Source: Deltaproteobacteria bacterium | Lineage (GTDB): Bacteria; Myxococcota_A; Polyangia; Polyangiales; Houyiibacteriaceae | Assembly (NCBI GenBank): GCA_027295555.1 | Contig: JAPUKT010000222.1 | Location: forward strand, 1-30,978 | Length of the DNA stretch: 30,978 nucleotides | Direction: 5' to 3' | In this document: positions 25,381-30,978 of the stretch, one piece after another | Position numbering within the stretch: the first letter of the stretch is position 1 | How the letters are laid out: the number at the start of each line of letters is the position of its first letter | Program-made: the position numbers and the translations under genes | Notes under the pieces: model-generated | What the model saw: only the letters and a program-made list of their open reading frames with translations | What the model was told of the DNA's origin: nothing | The model's database searches: none

Positions 25381-26298
25381 GTGAGGGCAGGGGCGGCACT
25401 AAGGGCTCGAGCCCTCACGGTGGTGCTTCTGCTCGCCTGTGTGTCTTGTGTGTCTTGTGTGTCTTGCACGGGGCGAAAGAAGTCGCCGAGCGATCCCGGG
25501 CCGATCGTGGTTTTGCACACGAAGGTCACCGGCCTGTCGGGACTCACCCAAGATGGGGAGGGGGCTTTCTGGGCCATTGGTGAAGACGGGGACTACCTGC
25601 TGCGCATCGACTCGGCGACTTTCGCGATCGATCAATACCCCGTGGTCGGCTGCCCTCCGAAGACCGACCTCGAGGCGCTCGCATGGATGGGCGACGGGCG
25701 TTTCGTGCTTGGTACCGAGACCCCGGAAGCGGGGCGCACCCAAGACGCGCTCCTTTACGGCAAGGTCCGAGGAGACCGGTTCGTCGTGGGCTCGGACGAC
25801 GCCTGCGACTACGGGCTTTGGGACCTCACGGCGTCGGATAACCATGGCATCGAAGGGCTTTGTCACGTAGACGGCGTTCTGATCGTGGCGACCGAGCTCA
25901 TCGACCATCAGCGCGGGCGCCGGTGGGCCCCCGTCGCGATGCTCGACCTCAAGACACAGACCTGGACCGCGCATCGCGTTGGCATGACGAGCGAGAGCGG
26001 AAAGCTGGCGGCGCTGAGTTGCCGTGTAATCGACGACACTATCGTGGCCCTCGCGGTCGAACGGCACTTCGGGGTCTCTCGCTTGCTCCGTTTCGATGTG
26101 CCAACAGGTTCGAAGAGCGCATGGATCGAGCCGAGAGTGGTCGCCGACCTATCGAGGCTCATCAAGCCTCTTCCGAATTTCGAGGGGCTCGTTTGGGGCG
26201 ACGATGGCTCGGCCGTCCTGTTGACCGACAACCAATACCACGGCGTCGTTCGTGAGCCGAGTCGACTCTATTTCATCCCGGCGAGTGCTCTGCAATGA
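25381..26298 (+). CDS. Putative beta-propeller lipoprotein (esterase-like activity of phytase / SdiA-regulated-like)
   Basis: GTG start right after the thiolase stop; lipoprotein-like signal; repeated blades GLSGLT, DLEALAW, GIEGLC and NFEGLVW...LLTDN. Confidence 0.6.
   Translation: MRAGAALRARALTVVLLLACVSCVSCVSCTGRKKSPSDPGPIVVLHTKVTGLSGLTQDGEGAFWAIGEDGDYLLRIDSATFAIDQYPVVGCPPKTDLEALAWMGDGRFVLGTETPEAGRTQDALLYGKVRGDRFVVGSDDACDYGLWDLTASDNHGIEGLCHVDGVLIVATELIDHQRGRRWAPVAMLDLKTQTWTAHRVGMTSESGKLAALSCRVIDDTIVALAVERHFGVSRLLRFDVPTGSKSAWIEPRVVADLSRLIKPLPNFEGLVWGDDGSAVLLTDNQYHGVVREPSRLYFIPASALQ
25438..25467 (+). repeat. (TGTGTGTCT)3-TGC 9-bp tandem repeat encoding CVSCVSCVSC
   Basis: Three perfect copies read directly at 25438-25464, followed by TGC. 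Confidence 0.92.
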
Positions 26299-27518
26299 CG
26301 CGGCCGGTTGCCCTCGCGCTTTTGGCCGCTCTCCTATCGACGAACGCTGAGGCCGAGTCGGTAGAGCTCGGCCCCGCCGTCGAGGCGAACATTTCGGCGA
26401 TTCACTCGCGAAACCCCGATCTCCGCGACGACGCGTTTGCGAAGATGGGCGGTTCGAGTGTGGTGAGCAAAGCGTTCCTCCATTGCCTTGCCACCCCCTA
26501 CGTCGATCTCGGTGACCGCACGGAGCTGCGAGAGACTATCGACTATTTCGATACGGGGCGTCGCAACTCGTTCAATCGACAGAGCCGCGCGGCAGGGGTG
26601 AGTTGGAACCTTCGGTACGTGCTCGGTGGCCGTCCAGCACACTTTCGTGAGGAGATTCAGGCAGCCGATGCGCGTTGGGCGCTCGTGCTCTTCGGCAGCA
26701 ACGACGCGCAGAACCGAAACGAGCGAATCTACGCGCGGCGACTCGTGTACTTGGTCGAGGAGCTCGAGGAGATGGGCGTCGTGCCCGTGCTTGGCTCTGG
26801 GTCCCCTCGCCGAAACAAGACCAAGGACCGTTGGGTACAGCGGTTCAACGCGATTACAAAGGCCGTCGCGACCCACTGGCAGCTTCCTTACATCGACTAC
26901 CACGGGGCGATGAGCCAGCTCCGGCGCCAAGGCCTCGCCCGCGACGGAGTGCACCCGAACGTCCTGGGGCACGGCGGGATGCGCGCGGCGTGTCAGCTGA
27001 CGGAGAAGGGGCTGCGGTACGGGAACAATGTGCGGAACTTGCTGACACTGGAGATGCTGGACGCGCTGAGACGGGTAGTCGCGGCGTCGGCGTCAGCGCT
27101 AGCGTCAGCGCCAGCGTCAGTGCCAGCGCCAGCGTCAGTGCCAGCGTCAGCGACAGTGCCAGCGCCAGTGGCCCTCGGGGACCTTCCGTTTTCCGTCGTG
27201 GTCGACAAGCCTGCTTTGGGGGTGGGGGAGCTTCCGGCTGGGTGTGGGAGGCTCAGGCCTGGGGCGTGGACGTATCGGGTGCCGATCGCGGTGGAAGAGC
27301 CCACGCGCCTTCGGGTGTCTGCGTTCGACCTCGATGGATTTCAGCCGCGCGTATTTTGGATACGGGTCGGCGAAGATGGTGCCCGGTGCGTCAAGCGACG
27401 CAATCGGACGCTTGAGGTGGCTGCTTCGCTCGGTTTGTGGGATCTGATCGTCGAGGTAACGGACCGTGCCGCGGAAAAGGGCGAAATGCTCATCTTGATC
27501 GATCGCAACCCACGGTAG
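26295..27518 (+). CDS. Secreted SGNH/GDSL hydrolase family protein with Ala/Ser/Pro linker and C-terminal beta domain
   Basis: Signal peptide; block I KMGGSS, block III FGSND, block V DGVHP. Confidence 0.72.
   Translation: MTRPVALALLAALLSTNAEAESVELGPAVEANISAIHSRNPDLRDDAFAKMGGSSVVSKAFLHCLATPYVDLGDRTELRETIDYFDTGRRNSFNRQSRAAGVSWNLRYVLGGRPAHFREEIQAADARWALVLFGSNDAQNRNERIYARRLVYLVEELEEMGVVPVLGSGSPRRNKTKDRWVQRFNAITKAVATHWQLPYIDYHGAMSQLRRQGLARDGVHPNVLGHGGMRAACQLTEKGLRYGNNVRNLLTLEMLDALRRVVAASASALASAPASVPAPASVPASATVPAPVALGDLPFSVVVDKPALGVGELPAGCGRLRPGAWTYRVPIAVEEPTRLRVSAFDLDGFQPRVFWIRVGEDGARCVKRRNRTLEVAASLGLWDLIVEVTDRAAEKGEMLILIDRNPR
27081..27170 (+). repeat. Degenerate hexamer array (GYGYCA consensus) encoding an ASASALASAPASVPAPASVPASATVPAP linker
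   Basis: About 15 units of GCGTCA/GCGCCA/GTGCCA type, with an internal CCAGCGTCAGTG duplication. Confidence 0.85.
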
Positions 27519-27520
27519 TC

Positions 27521-28177
27521 ATGAGAGACATCGAGCACTTAGAGGTCCACGAAATCTACGAGTCGATTCAAGGCGAGTCGACTTTCGCGGGGTTGCCGTG
27601 CGCCTTCGTTCGGTTGTCGCGTTGCAATCTCCGCTGCCGATGGTGCGACACGCCTCAAGCCTTCGAAGGAGGCCACGAGATGCGCCGGGCGGACGTGATC
27701 GACAAGGCGCTTTCGTTTGGGACCCCGCTCGTCGAGGTGACCGGTGGCGAGCCGCTTCTCCAAGCCGGGGCGATCCCGCTGCTCGCCGAGCTCTGCGACG
27801 CGGGCCGCACGGTGCTTCTCGAAACCAGCGGCGAACGAGACATCTCCGAGGTGGACCCCCGGGTCCACCGCATCGTCGACTTCAAGGCGCCGGGGAGCGA
27901 GGAATCGGCGAGGAACCGCTGGGCGAACGTCGAGCTCCTGACCAAGGGCGACGAGGTGAAGCTCGTGTTGGCGGATCGCGTTGATTACGAGTGGGCCAAG
28001 CAAGTCATCGAAGAGCACCGGCTTGCCGACCGCGTGAACACCGTGCTGTTGAGCTGTGTTTGGGGCGAGCTCGACCCGAAGGACCTCGTGCGGTGGGTCC
28101 TCGAAGACAGAATGCCAGTTCGCGTCCAGATCCAAACCCACAAAGTGATCTGGGGCGCGGACGCCGAAGGAGTGTGA
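27521..28177 (+). CDS. queE: 7-carboxy-7-deazaguanine synthase-like radical SAM protein
   Basis: EIYESIQGESTFAGLPCAFVRLSRCNLRCRWCDT (CxxxCxxC), VTGGEPLLQ, LETSG and QIQTHKVIW. Confidence 0.85.
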   Translation: MRDIEHLEVHEIYESIQGESTFAGLPCAFVRLSRCNLRCRWCDTPQAFEGGHEMRRADVIDKALSFGTPLVEVTGGEPLLQAGAIPLLAELCDAGRTVLLETSGERDISEVDPRVHRIVDFKAPGSEESARNRWANVELLTKGDEVKLVLADRVDYEWAKQVIEEHRLADRVNTVLLSCVWGELDPKDLVRWVLEDRMPVRVQIQTHKVIWGADAEGV

Positions 28178-28179
28178 GC

Positions 28180-28653
28180 ATGGCGCTAGATCCGAAGTTT
28201 GTAGCCGACTGCCCGTACGGGCCCGACGCGATCTGCATCGACGAAATCATCGAGATCGACAAGGAGTCCAATCTCGTACGGGCGCGGATGCCCACGCACC
28301 CGGACCTTCCGTTTACCCGCGATCAACGCGCCCACCCCGTTCGGCACCCGCGGCACGTGAGCGGCGGATTCATGGTTCACTTGACCGGCATCCTTGGCTT
28401 CATGCACACCTACTTCGTGTTGGGTCTTCGGCATGCCGATGGCTGGATCGGGTACGGCGGCCGCATCTACGATGCCCGCTTCTCGGCGCTCGCCACGATT
28501 GGCCCGCCCCTCGACGTGGAAGTCAGGGCTACCAAGATTCGACAATCGAGTGATCGCGTGTTCGGCCGCTACGAGTTTCGCTTCACGCAGGGCGATACCG
28601 TGGTCTACCAAGGCGATCAGGCCGCGATGTGGATGAGGGTGACCGAGTCGTGA
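28180..28653 (+). CDS. Divergent FabZ/FabA-like hotdog-fold protein
   Basis: N-terminus CPYGPDAICIDEI parallels FabZ LPHRYPFLLVDRV; ARF....IG..L.V strand pattern. The canonical catalytic HFP/E is not evident. Confidence 0.55.
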   Translation: MALDPKFVADCPYGPDAICIDEIIEIDKESNLVRARMPTHPDLPFTRDQRAHPVRHPRHVSGGFMVHLTGILGFMHTYFVLGLRHADGWIGYGGRIYDARFSALATIGPPLDVEVRATKIRQSSDRVFGRYEFRFTQGDTVVYQGDQAAMWMRVTES

Positions 28654-29066
28654 GCGTGCATTCCGACACGTTCACCGTCGACACGCGAGGGCGAGGCACC
28701 GTGGAGATTACCCACCGCGTCCAGGACGCCGTTGTCGCTGCCGGCATCGCCGAGGGCTTGTGCACGGTGTTCGTACACCACACGAGCGCCTCGCTGATCG
28801 TCAACGAGAACGCCGATCCCGACGTTCAGCGAGACCTCGATGCTTTCCTCGCGCGTCTGGTTCCCGACGGGGACCCGCTCTTCATCCACACCGCCGAGGG
28901 GCCAGACGACATGCCCTCGCACGTCCGAACGGCGCTCACCCAAACATCGCTGAGCATCCCGGTGGCAGGTGGCCGCTGCGCCCTCGGCACCTGGCAGGGC
29001 GTGTTCCTCTGGGAGCACCGGCACCGCGGCCACCGACGACGGATCACAGTCACCGTCATCGGTTAG
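28650..29066 (+). CDS. yjbQ: YjbQ / UPF0047 family (secondary thiamine-phosphate synthase-like)
   Basis: HHTSASLIVNENADPDV, H..EGPDDMPSHVR and LGTWQGVFLWEHR. GTG start overlaps the upstream stop (GTGA). Confidence 0.9.
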   Translation: MSVHSDTFTVDTRGRGTVEITHRVQDAVVAAGIAEGLCTVFVHHTSASLIVNENADPDVQRDLDAFLARLVPDGDPLFIHTAEGPDDMPSHVRTALTQTSLSIPVAGGRCALGTWQGVFLWEHRHRGHRRRITVTVIG

Positions 29067-29072
29067 CCCCTC

Positions 29073-30866
29073 TCAGGCCCGCGCCTGCGGCTGTGCTTGC
29101 CTTTCGTCCTCGGCGTACATCCTTTCGATGTCGTCCGCGAAGTGGTCGTTGACCTTCGCACGCTTCACCTTGAGGGTCGGTGTCAGCTCGCCGTCGTCGA
29201 TGGTGAGGTTGCGATGCAGGATCGTGAACTTCTTGATCTGCTCCACACGCGCGAAGTGCTTGTTCATCTCGTCGATGTGCGCCTGAATGCTGGCGCGCAG
29301 CTTGGCACTCTTGTGGAGTGCGCTCGCGTCCTCGCCGTTGGCCTCGGCCCACGCGGGCCCTGCCTCCGGGTCGATGGTGACCAAGGCCGTGAGATACTTG
29401 CGTCGGTCGCCAATCACCACGGCCTCGTCGACGAGCTCGTGGTTCTTGATGGCGCCCTCGAGGTTCTTCGGGGTGATGTTCTTGCCGCCCGCGGTGATGA
29501 TGATGTCTTTCTTGCGGCCCGTGATGTTGAGGAAGCCGTCCTTGTCGAAAGAGCCGAGGTCACCCGAGTAGAGCCACCCGTCGATCAGGGTCGCGTTGGT
29601 CGCTTCGGGGTCCTTGTAGTAGCCCAAGAAGACGTTCGGACCCTTCACGAGAATCTCGTCGTCGTCCGCGATCTTCACGGTTACCCCGTCGAGCACCGGA
29701 CCCACGCTGCCGAAGCGGTAGCTGTTGGGCAGATTGAAGCTCGTTGGGCCCGTGTCTTCCGACTGCCCGTAAACTTCAAGCACCACCAGGTCCAAGTGGG
29801 CGAAGAACTCCAGCACCTCGCGCGCGATCGGGGCAGCCCCCGATACGCAAACCCGCGCACTCCCCATCCCGATTGCAGGCTTGAGCTTCGAGAAGATCAG
29901 CTTGTCTGCTAGCTGATATTGAAGGCCCTTCGGCTGCCCGGGCGCCTTGTTTGCCTCCCAGCCGACCTTCATGGCCCATTGGACGAGCTTGGCCTTCACG
30001 CCGGTAGCCCCTTTGAGCTTGGCCGCGATCCCAGCGTGGAACTTCTCCCAGATGCGGGGCACCCCGAAGAACACTGTCGGCTGTACTTCTTTGAGGTTCT
30101 CTGGCACCGCTTCGATCGACTCTGCGAAATAGATGCGGGAGCCTGTCGTGATCGGGGTGTGAATCGTGAACATCTGCTCGGCGATGTGCGACAACGGCAG
30201 GTACGAAAGCAAGCGATCATTAGGGGACATTTCGACGATGTCGATCGCCTTACCCGCCGTCCACGCGAGGTTGTGATGGCTGAGCATCACGCCCTTCGGC
30301 GGACCGGTCGTTCCGGAGGTGTAGATCAAGGTCGCCAGCGCGTTCGGATCGAGACTTTCCACGCGATCGAAGTACGCTTTGTCCTCCACCGCGTCGCCCT
30401 TGGCGAGAAACTCCTCCCAAGACATCACCATGTCGTTCGCGATGTTGGGGGCGCCCTTCATCATTACGACATGCTTGAGGTTCGGCATGTTCGCGCGCTC
30501 TTCTTCGACCTTCTTCCACTGCCCTTCGTCCTCGCAAAGGATGAGCGGCGCCTCGGCGTGGGCGACGACGTAGCAAACCTCGCCGGGTGAGCAGGTCGTG
30601 TAGATACCCGCGGGGGCTCCACCCGCGCCCATGGCCGCGACGTCCATGATCACCCACTCGGGCCGGTTGAAGCCGAGGATGCAGACCGTCTGGCCGGGCT
30701 CGAGGCCGAGAGCGATGAGCGCGCGACCTGCCTGGGTCACCTGGTCGGAGTAGGTCCCCCAGTTCGTCGCCTTCCACGTGCCGCCTTCACGGACGTAATA
30801 GGCTGGGTTTTGGGGCTTGTCCTTACCTTGCTGAATCAGTCGATATGGAATCGTGTCTGTCGCCAC
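29073..30866 (-). CDS. Long-chain fatty acid-CoA ligase (AMP-binding, FAA1/ACSBG-like)
   Basis: IYTSGTTGPPKGVMLSHHN, YLPLSHIAEQ, GVPRIWEK, EVYGQSE, GWLYSGDLG, GRKKDIIITAGGKNI and ELTPTLKVKR. Confidence 0.93.
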   Translation of the reverse strand: MATDTIPYRLIQQGKDKPQNPAYYVREGGTWKATNWGTYSDQVTQAGRALIALGLEPGQTVCILGFNRPEWVIMDVAAMGAGGAPAGIYTTCSPGEVCYVVAHAEAPLILCEDEGQWKKVEEERANMPNLKHVVMMKGAPNIANDMVMSWEEFLAKGDAVEDKAYFDRVESLDPNALATLIYTSGTTGPPKGVMLSHHNLAWTAGKAIDIVEMSPNDRLLSYLPLSHIAEQMFTIHTPITTGSRIYFAESIEAVPENLKEVQPTVFFGVPRIWEKFHAGIAAKLKGATGVKAKLVQWAMKVGWEANKAPGQPKGLQYQLADKLIFSKLKPAIGMGSARVCVSGAAPIAREVLEFFAHLDLVVLEVYGQSEDTGPTSFNLPNSYRFGSVGPVLDGVTVKIADDDEILVKGPNVFLGYYKDPEATNATLIDGWLYSGDLGSFDKDGFLNITGRKKDIIITAGGKNITPKNLEGAIKNHELVDEAVVIGDRRKYLTALVTIDPEAGPAWAEANGEDASALHKSAKLRASIQAHIDEMNKHFARVEQIKKFTILHRNLTIDDGELTPTLKVKRAKVNDHFADDIERMYAEDERQAQPQARA

Positions 30867-30956
30867 GGCATCACCTCATGCTTACAGGATTGTTGTTCGC
30901 CTTGGACGGGCGAATATACGGCAAGATGACCCCTCGTGGGAAGGGGGACGACGCTT

Positions 30957-30975
30957 CGGCTGTATGCTACAGCCG
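30957..30975. other. Perfect 8-bp hairpin upstream of the acyl-CoA ligase
   Basis: CGGCTGTA-TGC-TACAGCCG. The function is unclear because the context is cut by the window edge. Confidence 0.4.
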
Positions 30976-30978
30976 CCC

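Noticed and set aside
25380-25419. Inverted repeat CGTGAGGGC/GCCCTCACG and 14-bp palindrome AGGGCTCGAGCCCT after the thiolase stop
   Set aside because: No U-tract, and it lies in the probable signal-peptide coding region; not enough to call a terminator or operator.
27521-28177. QueE as a marker of a Dpd/7-deazaguanine DNA-modification or Qat anti-phage system
   Set aside because: No dpdA/tgt-like, queC-like, ATPase or TatD partner is nearby; the context is housekeeping.
1-30978. tRNA, rRNA, riboswitch, IS, integrase or prophage
   Set aside because: Intergenic gaps are at most ~140 nt, none shows a cloverleaf or a riboswitch consensus I recognise, and no ORF has transposase, recombinase or phage motifs.

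Overview
GC-rich bacterial chromosomal window, densely coding: 27 complete ORFs plus one truncated at the left edge. A MYXO-CTERM-like sorting tail on the DUF2330 protein suggests Myxococcota (inference). Most content is housekeeping or lipid metabolism: GDPD, SDR, DAG-kinase-family enzyme, rhodanese, 1-Cys peroxiredoxin, two acyl-CoA ligases, SpeA, Ppm1-like GT2, DUF368, EttA, Pip, RF3, YceI, oligopeptidase A, QueE and YjbQ. I see no rRNA, tRNA, CRISPR array, transposase, integrase or recognisable defence system, and no clear-cut new system. The best leads are: (1) a speA-GT2-heme-oxygenase-like diiron enzyme (PqqC/CADD fold) run; (2) a 7.3-kb, 8-gene co-directional run built on a MaoC-FabG4-thiolase trio with a divergent FabZ-like hotdog protein and QueE; (3) a 61-bp tandem palindromic REP-like element plus a G-rich 25/26-bp duplication, which together supply the stop codons of two convergent genes; (4) exported proteins with atypical catalytic or lipobox motifs. 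All product calls come from motif recognition by eye; no database search was run.
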